Assembly: GCA_965224245.1 (NCBI GenBank)
Contig: OZ245046.1
Location: 864,001 to 928,000, forward strand
Length of the DNA: 64,000 bases
Direction of reading: 5' to 3'
From: Candidatus Eiseniibacteriota bacterium
GTDB lineage: Bacteria; Eisenbacteria; RBG-16-71-46; CAZAMP01
Part shown: positions 1 to 12,021 of the stretch, piece by piece
How positions within the stretch are numbered: position 1 is the stretch's first letter
Layout of the letters: every line of letters starts with the position of its first letter
Translations under genes and position numbers: made by a program
Notes under the pieces: generated by a model
The model's input: only the letters and a program-made list of their open reading frames with translations
Told to the model about the DNA's origin: nothing
The model's database searches: none

Positions 1-1125
1 ATCGAGCAGCGGTTCTCGCAGCATCTCGAGAAGGAGATGCTCAACACCGTCATCCCCAAGGCGTACAAGGAGGCGGTGGCCGAGTCCGAGCTCGATCCGA
101 TCGCGCCGGGGACCATCCGCGACTTCGACTACAAGAAGGGTGAGCCCCTGTCGTTCTACGCGGACCTCGAGATCCGCCCGTCGCTGGTGCTGAAAGACCT
201 CGACGACATCGAGCTCCAGAAGCGCATCTTCGACGTGCCCGAGGAGGAGATCCAGAGCACGATCGACGCGCTCCTCGATCAGGGCGCCACCTGGGAGACG
301 GTCGAGCGCCCGAGCGAGAGCGGTGATCGGGTCAAGCTCGAGCTTCGCGACCAGACCGACGGCGCCACCGACGACGCTCCGGAGGAGACCGAGGTCGTCG
401 TCGGGGCCGATGGCATGCTGCCCGAGTTCGTGGAGGCGCTCACCGGCGCCGGCGCCGGGGACGAGAAGACCGTTCCGGTGAGCTATCCCGACGAGATGGA
501 GCAGGAGGAGCTGAAGGGCTCGTCGCGCACGTTCGCGGTCAAGGTGCTCGAGGTGTCCGAGAAGAAGCTACCGGCGTTCGACGATGCATTCGCGTCGGAG
601 CTGGGTTACGAATCCACCGAGGCGCTCCGGGCGAAGATCCAGGCCCGGCTCGAGGCCGAAGAGGTGGAGCGGGCGGACCGGGAGCTCGAGGGCATGCTGA
701 TCGAGGCCATCGTGCAGCGGCACCCGTTCGACGCGCCCGATGCCATGGTCGAGAACCTGCTCACGAACATCGCGCGCGACTACCGCGTGCCCGACGAGCA
801 GATGGAGGAGTTCCGGGAGAGCCAGCACGCCGCGGCGGTCCGCTACGTGAAGCGGGCGCTGGTGCTGGACGCGGTGATCGAGGCCGAGGAGCTGACCGCG
901 TCCGACGAGGAGTGCGAGGCGGAGCTGACCAAGGAGGTCGAGGACGACCGCCAGGCGGCCAAGCGAATCGCCCAGGCTCGCAAGAGCGGCGAGCTGGAGC
1001 GAATCCGCCACCGCCTCCGCGAGCGAAAGGCGCTCGATTTTCTCCTCGGCAAGGCCGAAGTAGAAGAGGTGCGCGGGCCTAGGCCTGCACTGCCGCCCGA
1101 AGAGGGCGGCGCGGCGGCGGGCTAG
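1..1125 (+). CDS. tig: Trigger factor (5' end outside window)
   Basis: FKBP-like middle region ([23 protein letters not shown]), C-terminal '[14 protein letters not shown]', and position directly upstream of clpP-clpX. Confidence 0.93.
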   Translation: MEQRFSQHLEKEMLNTVIPKAYKEAVAESELDPIAPGTIRDFDYKKGEPLSFYADLEIRPSLVLKDLDDIELQKRIFDVPEEEIQSTIDALLDQGATWETVERPSESGDRVKLELRDQTDGATDDAPEETEVVVGADGMLPEFVEALTGAGAGDEKTVPVSYPDEMEQEELKGSSRTFAVKVLEVSEKKLPAFDDAFASELGYESTEALRAKIQARLEAEEVERADRELEGMLIEAIVQRHPFDAPDAMVENLLTNIARDYRVPDEQMEEFRESQHAAAVRYVKRALVLDAVIEAEELTASDEECEAELTKEVEDDRQAAKRIAQARKSGELERIRHRLRERKALDFLLGKAEVEEVRGPRPALPPEEGGAAAG

Positions 1126-1232
1126 CATCGGGGCGGCGCCCATCGAGGGGCGCCGTGGAGTCAGGACGGCGGCGCGCGCGCCGCGGTCGAATCACGCACA
1201 TCCGCGAACGGAATCCTCCGAAAGGGGTGGTC

Positions 1233-1820
1233 ATGGGCCTGGTGCCGATCGTCGTCGAGCAAACGAGCCGGGGAGAGCGGTCGTGGGATATCTACTCGCG
1301 CTTGCTCAAGGACCGCATCGTCTTCATCGGCCAGCCGATCGACGATCACATCGCGAACGTCGTCATCGCGCAGCTCCTGTTCCTGGAGGCCGATGACCCC
1401 GAGCGCGACATCAGCCTGTACATCAACTCGCCCGGCGGAATGGTGACGGCGGGTCTGGCCATCTACGACACGATGCAGTTCATCAAGCCCGACGTGGGAA
1501 CGATCTGCCTCGGACAGGCGGCCAGCATGGGCGCCATCCTGCTGGCCGCGGGAGCGCCGGGGAAGCGGTCGGCGCTGCCCAACGCGCGCGTGATGATCCA
1601 TCAGCCGCTCGGGGGAAGTCAGGGGCAGGCCGCCGACATCGAGATCTATGCCAACGAGATCCTCGCGACGCGAGAGCGGCTGAACACCGTCCTGGCGATG
1701 CACACCGGGAAGAGCGTGGAGCAGATCGAGGTCGACACCGACCGAAACTACTTCATGTCGGCCCCCGAGGCGAAGGAATATGGTATCGTCGACGACGTCA
1801 TCGTCAACCGGGGTGGTTAG
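1233..1820 (+). CDS. clpP: ATP-dependent Clp protease proteolytic subunit
   Basis: [28 protein letters not shown] and MIHQPLGG motifs. ATG at 1233 preferred over the ORF-track start. Confidence 0.97.
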   Translation: MGLVPIVVEQTSRGERSWDIYSRLLKDRIVFIGQPIDDHIANVVIAQLLFLEADDPERDISLYINSPGGMVTAGLAIYDTMQFIKPDVGTICLGQAASMGAILLAAGAPGKRSALPNARVMIHQPLGGSQGQAADIEIYANEILATRERLNTVLAMHTGKSVEQIEVDTDRNYFMSAPEAKEYGIVDDVIVNRGG

Positions 1821-1943
1821 CTTCCCGAGTCAGTTGCTTCGCGCGTCCTGGGGCGCGCTCGACGTCGAGTCGGACCGCGTCGTCGCGTCCGGCAACTGGG
1901 CCGCGCCAGATCGTGTCCGGCGGCCCGCGCCGAGAGGATCAGC

Positions 1944-3197
<1,254 letters not shown>

Positions 3198-3238
3198 CGT
3201 CCTCTCCTTTCTCTTTTCTTTCTTCATGCGTGCGGGGT

Positions 3239-3368
3239 GGGGTCTCGACTCCGGCGGCGGGATACCCTCGTGCTCGGACAGTCCTCGCCGCGGCGCGCCC
3301 TCGAGGCGCGCCTGATCCGGCTGCGGAAACTGCGCGCGAGGGCATCCCCCCGCCGGAGCCGAGACCCC
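3239..3368. repeat. Long stem-loop repeat, copy 1
   Basis: Core 3264-3340 is the reverse complement of 3779-3855 with one mismatch. It is enclosed by imperfect inverted arms GGGGTCTCG.CTCCGGCGG / CCGCCGGAG.CGAGACCCC. Confidence 0.8.
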
Positions 3369-3755
3369 GGTCTCGCGCCGGGGAGAAGCTGCGTAAAGAA
3401 ACCTCGGCGTGCGCCACCTCGAGGCGGGAAGCGCTCGGGCTCCGTGGGGGGGCGTGCAGTTGTGAGTGCGCCTCGCGATCGGTGTGCATGGGCGATGGCG
3501 CAGGTGTGAACCTCTCGTGACGCCGGTTGCGTGGGCACAACCGCGAGCGCGTGATTTGTCCATGCCGTGCAGGTGGCGCCGACGTCGACAACCGATACAG
3601 TCACGTCGTTCCAGGACCCTCTCGGACGGCGTTTGTCCCGCCACGTTCACGTTCGTCGGCGGCCCGTCGAAGACGCGACCATCCAGCTCGTATCCCTGCT
3701 GCCGTCTCCAGTGCACGTGCTCTTCGGAGGCCAACGAGAGTCTCCGGCGTTGGAC

Positions 3756-3875
3756 GCCCTCGGAGCGGGCGGGGGACGCTCGCGCGCAGTTTCCGCAGCC
3801 GGATCAGGCGCGCCTCGAGGGCGCGCCGCGGTGAGGACTGTCCGAGCACGAGGGTCCCCCGCCCGCTCCGAGGGC
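3756..3875. repeat. Long stem-loop repeat, copy 2 (inverted relative to copy 1)
   Basis: Same 77-nt core, enclosed by perfect arms GCCCTCGGAGCGGGCGGGGGA / TCCCCCGCCCGCTCCGAGGGC. Confidence 0.8.
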
Positions 3876-4077
3876 AGGAAACCACGGGAATACCCGCGTT
3901 CCGGGCGAAGGACCCCGCGGTTCAAACGCGCCACCCGCGACCGCGCACCAACCCGGGACGATGGCCGCTCGGGAGTAAGGATCGAACCAGACCCGCCGAT
4001 CGATCTTCACAGACGCCGCGCACGGCGGCCCACGTCTTCGACCGCGGTCTCGAGTCCGCCCCGAGGGATCCCGATCC

Positions 4078-6444
<2,367 letters not shown>

Positions 6445-6457
6445 CCCGGAGCGCCCG

Positions 6458-7999
6458 ATGAACGTGACCGAAGACGAACGGGCCAGACCGGGGCCGGCGA
6501 CGCTCCCTTCGCCGACCGCGACCACTTCGCCGGCCCCGACCGCCGCGCCGACCGCGACCACTCCGCCCAACGCGACCGCCGCGCAGACCCCGACCGCCGC
6601 GCAGACCCCGGTCGCGCCGCCCAACGCGACCGCGCCGCCCAACGCGACCGCGCCGGGCGACGTGCTCACGGCGGGGGGGACGCCCGTGCGACCGATCTCG
6701 GCCCGGGAGCTCGGCGGCGCGTCGCGCCCGTCGCCCGTGCTGAGGTACGTGGCGGCCGGGCTCGTCGGCGTGGCGGTGACGCTCGCCGTCGTGGGGCTCC
6801 CCTGGGGCGGAGCGCGTCCCACGGCGTCCGGTCCGGCGACCGCCACGGACGACGGGGCCGACCCGGTCCTGGCCGCCCGGGCCGGGCTCGCCGGCGCGAG
6901 CGAGGCCGCGGCGCGGCCCGGCGCACGCGGAGCCGCGGCGCCGTCCGAAACGGACGATGTCGCGACGACGTCGATCGCGTCGTCGTCGGCGAGAGCGCCG
7001 GCGCCGGTGACGGCGGGGTCGAGCCTGCTGTCGACATCCGCCGCGGCCGAGGACCCGAGGACGTTCGGCGTGCCCGTGTACAGCGACGTCGAGGTGCGTG
7101 CGTCCACGCAGCGCTACGCGTACCTGCCGGGGCACGTTCGCGACCCGCACGCGGTGGCCGAGTCGACCGTCGTGCCCGAGCCGTCGTCCCCTCCGGTCGA
7201 TCCGGTCGATCCGGCCGACGAGGCGCGGACGCGCGCGGCGTACCGCGAGCGCGTGCGGCAATCGACCTACGACCGGATCCTCCAGGGCGCCGGAATCACG
7301 CCCGAGGAGGCCCGTCAGGAGATCGCCGGTGCGGCCGGGAGCGGACGGCTCGAGGCCCCGGCGACGGGCCCGTCGAGTCCGTCGGCCGACGGTCTGTGGC
7401 CGGACCCCGCGTCCATCGTGGCCGAGAGCCCCGAGCGCGCCCGGGCGGCGCTGGCCATGTCGATGCGGAGCGCCGAGGCCGGCCAGATCGAGCGCGCGCT
7501 CTTGCAGGGGTTCGTCGCGTGGCGTCACGCGCCCCGCGATCCGGAGATCTCGGGCCACATGGCCGAGCTGAGCCTCCGGCGGGACGACGCGCACGCGGCG
7601 ACGTTGTGGGCCCACGAGGCGGTCGCCGCCGACCCGGGCTTCACCCGCGGGTGGGTGGCCCTCGGCGACGCGTGTCTGGCCGATGCGCACACCGCCGACG
7701 CGCGCGACGCCTTCCGCCGGGCGGTCGGGACCGACCCCGACGACTGGCGAGCCACCGCGGGGCTCGCGCGAGCCCAGAGCCTCCTCGGCTTCCACGCCGA
7801 GTCGATCCGGGGCTACCGGAACGCGATCGCGATGGCCAGCCACGAGATCGCGCTGCAGGTCGAGCTGGGGCTGGCGCTGGAGCGGGCCGGGCGGATCGCC
7901 GAGGCGCGACAGGCGTTCCTGGAGTACCTGCGGCTCTCCGACGGACGGGACCCCGATCGCGAGAGCCAGGCCAGGGAGTGGCTGAACCACCACCGCTGA
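6458..7999 (+). CDS. Membrane-anchored TPR-repeat protein with Pro/Thr/Ala-rich N-terminus
   Basis: PTAAQT/PPNATA repeats, one hydrophobic segment (YVAAGLVGVAVTLAVVGL), C-terminal TPR-like helices. Starts 13 nt after lon. Confidence 0.65.
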   Translation: MNVTEDERARPGPATLPSPTATTSPAPTAAPTATTPPNATAAQTPTAAQTPVAPPNATAPPNATAPGDVLTAGGTPVRPISARELGGASRPSPVLRYVAAGLVGVAVTLAVVGLPWGGARPTASGPATATDDGADPVLAARAGLAGASEAAARPGARGAAAPSETDDVATTSIASSSARAPAPVTAGSSLLSTSAAAEDPRTFGVPVYSDVEVRASTQRYAYLPGHVRDPHAVAESTVVPEPSSPPVDPVDPADEARTRAAYRERVRQSTYDRILQGAGITPEEARQEIAGAAGSGRLEAPATGPSSPSADGLWPDPASIVAESPERARAALAMSMRSAEAGQIERALLQGFVAWRHAPRDPEISGHMAELSLRRDDAHAATLWAHEAVAADPGFTRGWVALGDACLADAHTADARDAFRRAVGTDPDDWRATAGLARAQSLLGFHAESIRGYRNAIAMASHEIALQVELGLALERAGRIAEARQAFLEYLRLSDGRDPDRESQAREWLNHHR

Positions 8000-8116
8000 C
8001 CTCTCGTTGCCCTCCCCCGATCGCTCTGATACGCTCGGCGGTCTTTTGACGAGAACGCCGCCGCCTCCCGGCGGCGTTCCGACGTCGGGCCGTGTCGAGA
8101 ATTCCGGAGCGTCATC

Positions 8117-9433
8117 GTGAGCGTGACCGCGCTGGTCGGCTGTCAGTGGGGCGACGAAGGCAAGGGCAAGATCGTCGACATCCTGTCGGCCGGCGCCGAC
8201 GCCGTCGCCCGCTATCAGGGCGGGGCGAACGCCGGGCACACGGTGGTGATCGGCGACGACAAGCACGTGCTGCATCTGTTGCCCGTGGGCATCCTGCGCG
8301 AGGGGGTGCGTTGCCTCCTCGGCAACGGCATGGTCATCGAGCCCGGCGCGCTCCTGGAGGAGATCGACGCGGTCGAGAGCGCCGGCCGGCGCATCGGCGA
8401 TCGCCTGTCGATCAGCCCCTCGGCCCACTTGATCCTGCCCATCCACAAGGCCGTCGAGCGGCATCGCGAGTCGGCCTGGTCCACCCGCATCGGCACCACG
8501 CTCCGGGGCATCGGGCCCGCGTACGAGACGAAGTGCGCGCGCATCGGGCTCCGGATGGGTGACCTGTTCGACGCCGCGCGCACCCGGGAGCGCGTCGAGG
8601 CCATCCGCCGCTGGGCGCTGGAGTCGGGCTGCCCCGACGCCGAGGTGCCGCCGCTCGACGAGACGATCGCCGAGGTCACCCGGCGGTTCGAGCGCATCGG
8701 GCCGCACGTGCGCGAGCTCCGCGCGGTCACGCGCGAGATCCTCGACGGCGGCGGTGAGCTGCTTCTCGAGGGGGCGCAGGGCGTGCTCCTGGATCTGGAC
8801 CACGGGTCGTATCCGTTCGTGACCTCGTCCAGCACGTCGTCGGGCGGCGCCGCGCTCGGCATCGGGCTCGCGCCCACGCGGCTGGATCGCGTCGTCGGCG
8901 TGGCCAAGGCCTACACCACCCGCGTCGGCGAGGGACCGTTCCCGACCGAGTTCGACGAGGGGCCGCGCACCGATGCGTTCCGCGAGCGGGCCGGCGAGTT
9001 CGGCGCCACCACCGGACGCCCCCGGCGCTGCGGCTGGCTCGACGGCGAGCTCCTGCGCCTCGCGTGCGAGGTGAACGGCGTCACCGCGCTGGTGATCACG
9101 AAGCTCGACGTGCTCGACGGCGAGGAGACGATCCGAATCGCCACCGGGTACGAGAGCGTGGCCGGCGGCGTGGACGGCTGGATCGGCATGCTCGAGCGCG
9201 CGGTGCCGGTGTACGAGGAGCACCCCGGCTGGCACGCGTCGACCGCCGGCGTCACCGAGTGGGACGCGCTCCCCGAAGCGGCGCGCCGCTACGTGGCGCG
9301 GATCGAGGAGATCGCGGGCGTTCCGGTGGCCATGGTGTCGACCGGGGTGCGCCGCGACGAGTTCGTCGTCCGGCACCCGAGTCTTCTGACCGCGCGGGGA
9401 ACGCTCGTGTCGGGAGCGAAGGCCCACCGCTAG
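8117..9433 (+). CDS. purA: Adenylosuccinate synthetase
   Basis: QWGDEGKGK, GGANAGHT, EGAQG, GATTGRPRRCGW and TKLDVL motifs. Confidence 0.97.
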   Translation: MSVTALVGCQWGDEGKGKIVDILSAGADAVARYQGGANAGHTVVIGDDKHVLHLLPVGILREGVRCLLGNGMVIEPGALLEEIDAVESAGRRIGDRLSISPSAHLILPIHKAVERHRESAWSTRIGTTLRGIGPAYETKCARIGLRMGDLFDAARTRERVEAIRRWALESGCPDAEVPPLDETIAEVTRRFERIGPHVRELRAVTREILDGGGELLLEGAQGVLLDLDHGSYPFVTSSSTSSGGAALGIGLAPTRLDRVVGVAKAYTTRVGEGPFPTEFDEGPRTDAFRERAGEFGATTGRPRRCGWLDGELLRLACEVNGVTALVITKLDVLDGEETIRIATGYESVAGGVDGWIGMLERAVPVYEEHPGWHASTAGVTEWDALPEAARRYVARIEEIAGVPVAMVSTGVRRDEFVVRHPSLLTARGTLVSGAKAHR

Positions 9434-9581
9434 TCACCTCGTGGTCGGTTAGTCACCTTTTGATCAGTATTGCCTGGCAGGTCGCGGAACGGCCGTCGGG
9501 AGCAGTCGTCCGGCTGGCCTCCGGTGCCTGGTGGATCATGGGATTGCCTGCTCGACGGTTCGGTTCGTTCGTCCCGAGGCT

Positions 9582-9872
9582 CGTTGCACCCGGGTGCAAC
9601 GAACACCCGGGTGCAACGAACACCCGGGTTCAAACGAACACCCGGGCGCAACGAACACGCGGGTGCAAACGAACATCCGGATGCAAACGAACATCCGGAT
9701 GCAAACGAACACCCGGCCACAACGAACACCCGGGTGCAACGAGCACTCGGGTGCAACGAATACGCGGTGCAAACGAACATCCGGATGCAAACGAACACCC
9801 GGCCACAACGAACACCCGGGTGCAACGAACGCCCAGGTCCAACGAACACCCGGGTACAACGAACCCTCGGGC
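9582..9872. repeat. Tandem array of ~16 units of 17-18 nt (consensus GAACACCCGGGTGCAAC)
   Basis: Read directly. Many units carry a 10-nt palindrome (CACCCGGGTG or CATCCGGATG). Confidence 0.9.
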
Positions 9873-10029
9873 GCTCGGCGTTCACGTCACGCACTCGAGG
9901 TCCTGGATCGAACCCGATCGAACGCCGCGAGCGAGAACGTGACGACCCATCCCAGATGGTCTTGGCCTCGATGTCGGACCTTCCGGGTGCCTGCGACGGT
10001 CCATGCGGAACACGGCGTCGACAGGCGTG

Positions 10030-10420
10030 CGTTCGCGTCCATCCTTCCGGTCTTGCGGCTGGCAGCTCTCGTGTGATGCCCACGCCTCGATCAACGTCCG
10101 GGTCCATGAGGATGTCGCGCCATCGACCGTGAAGTGCTCATCGGAGAGAAGTCCCGCTTCACCCGGCCACGTTCTGCTCGAAGAACGCACGCGCGATGTC
10201 GCCCCTCAGACGCCCACTCGCGGAGAGCCAGCTCGCCGGTGGTCCCGGTTCCTGGTGACCGTCTGGCCCCCACCGGATCGTCGATCTCCAGACCGGCGAA
10301 CCCGCGGAGCAACCGTCTTTGTCCGGTTGCTCCCTCAGCTGACGTGCACGACGGATCGCGTCCAGCGCCAGCAACGACAGCGCTCGAGAGGCTGCTCGGC
10401 AGCTACCGAGGGGCGACGTA
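10030..10420 (-). pseudogene. Degenerate IS5/IS1182-type DDE transposase relic
   Basis: Fragments in different frames match the typical order: RQLREQ / FAGLEIDDPV / GDIARAFF / LLSDEHFTVDG..TLIEAWASH. Boundaries approximate. Confidence 0.7.
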
Positions 10421-10539
10421 CCTCCCGCGCATGGATCGAAGCGACTTCGATGGCGTCAGGCGAGTTCCCGGCAACCTGCCAGACCGAAAACGCTTCGGAC
10501 GTGTACCCGGGTACACTCTCGATCAGGCGTTACAGCCTA

Positions 10540-11820
10540 TTAGTCCCAGATCTCGTCGTAGATGCGCGCGACGTCGAGCCGCACCGCGAAGCCCGCCGGC
10601 TCCAGGTCCTCGGTCAGATCCCCCGGTGGGGGCAACGTCGCGCTGTCGTACTGCACGTGGCCGTAGGGACCGAGGGGAAGCCGGACGCCCCAGCCCTCGG
10701 TGTCTCCCTCGATCGCGAGCCCGCCGTCGTCGACGTGGCCTCGCCGGATCGAGAAGACGTTGAGAAGCGTCAGCTCCCATCCGTCGCCGTCGATGTCCTG
10801 GTCGCGGATCTCGGGGTCGTCCGCCTGCGGCGTGCGCACCTCGGTCGTGCCGTCGACGCGTCCGAACTGGATCGCGGGCACCATCGCGTCGGCGAGCCAG
10901 CCGAGCCGGCGCGACCGGAGCGACTCGTCGATCGACGTCGGGAGCCCGACCGCGACGCGCCAGGCCGTGCTCGTGCGATCGAGCTGCGGGATCGGCGACG
11001 TCTCGCCGCTCCGGAACTCGACGAACTTGTTCTCGCCGTTCTGCCGCGATCGTCCGACGGCGACGTCGAGGTCCACGAAGCCGACGCGCTGGTGCACGGC
11101 GTCGTGGTACGCGGGGACCAGGACCTCGAGCACCGCGAGCGGATTGATGCGGGCAAGAACGCCGACGTCCTCGATGTCGCCTTCGCCCTTGCCGGCGGTG
11201 CCGTCCGGCGTGGCCCAGGCCGGAGCGAGATCCACCGACAGCTCCTTGTCCGCGTAGCCGAACGCGACGTCGCCGAGGCGGGACGGGGAGACCGTGTCCT
11301 CGTCGAGGCGATCGGCCAGAACGGTGTCGAGGACGCGCGCCACGCTCAGCGAGACGCCGAACCACTGGATGTCCTCGTGGGAGTCGAACTCGCCGAGCAC
11401 GGTGCCCCCGTCGTCGACGACCGAGCTCGTTCCGTAGTCGAGTCGGGTCCGCACGGGGTCGAAGGAGGCGGTCAGACCGACACCGGAGATCTGGAAGAAG
11501 AGGCGGTTGGCGGTGAAGGCGACGTCGTCGGCGAGCTCGGAGACGAGCTTCACCCGCTGGCGCTCGTACTGGAAGTCCTCCCGGTACGACAGGAGCGCCG
11601 GGTTGGCCCAGTCGCTGGTCGCGTCGCCCCAGAAGACGGCCCCCGCGGCGCCGCCCATCCCGGCCGCGCGCGCGGAGGGGTTTCGGATGAGCGACGGCAC
11701 GGAGGACGACTGCGCGTGCGCGGAGGCCCACGGGGTCACGGACGCGGCGGTGATCGCGAGGGCGAGCACGACGGCGGGCGGGAGGGGGCGGCGGCGCGCC
11801 GTCGGGATCGGATGGCACAT
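10540..11820 (-). CDS. Outer-membrane beta-barrel, PorV/FadL-like
   Basis: Signal peptide ending AHA, then SARAAGMGGA...WANPALL N-terminal hatch motif typical of the FadL/PorV superfamily. Start taken at ATG 11820. Confidence 0.6.
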   Translation of the reverse strand: MCHPIPTARRRPLPPAVVLALAITAASVTPWASAHAQSSSVPSLIRNPSARAAGMGGAAGAVFWGDATSDWANPALLSYREDFQYERQRVKLVSELADDVAFTANRLFFQISGVGLTASFDPVRTRLDYGTSSVVDDGGTVLGEFDSHEDIQWFGVSLSVARVLDTVLADRLDEDTVSPSRLGDVAFGYADKELSVDLAPAWATPDGTAGKGEGDIEDVGVLARINPLAVLEVLVPAYHDAVHQRVGFVDLDVAVGRSRQNGENKFVEFRSGETSPIPQLDRTSTAWRVAVGLPTSIDESLRSRRLGWLADAMVPAIQFGRVDGTTEVRTPQADDPEIRDQDIDGDGWELTLLNVFSIRRGHVDDGGLAIEGDTEGWGVRLPLGPYGHVQYDSATLPPPGDLTEDLEPAGFAVRLDVARIYDEIWD

Positions 11821-12021
11821 GACGCGGTCCTTCCTGTGGAACGTGGGAGAGCCACCTGTTGCCGGGATCGTACGCGACGGGGGTGGGGGCGTCGACCGGC
11901 GGTGTGTGCGCCGCGGCGGAGTGGAGGTCGGCGGCTCTCCTGCCGCGGGCGAGCGCGGTGTGTCTCCCGTGGTTCGCGAACCCGATTGCCCCACCCCGCG
12001 ATTCGGTAGTAGCTTCGCGCG

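Noticed and set aside
3370-3755. Small gene or transposase between the inverted stem-loops
   Set aside because: No convincing ORF, RBS or motif found by eye
9582-9872. CRISPR array
   Set aside because: Period is only 17-18 nt, there are no unique spacers, and there are no cas genes in the window
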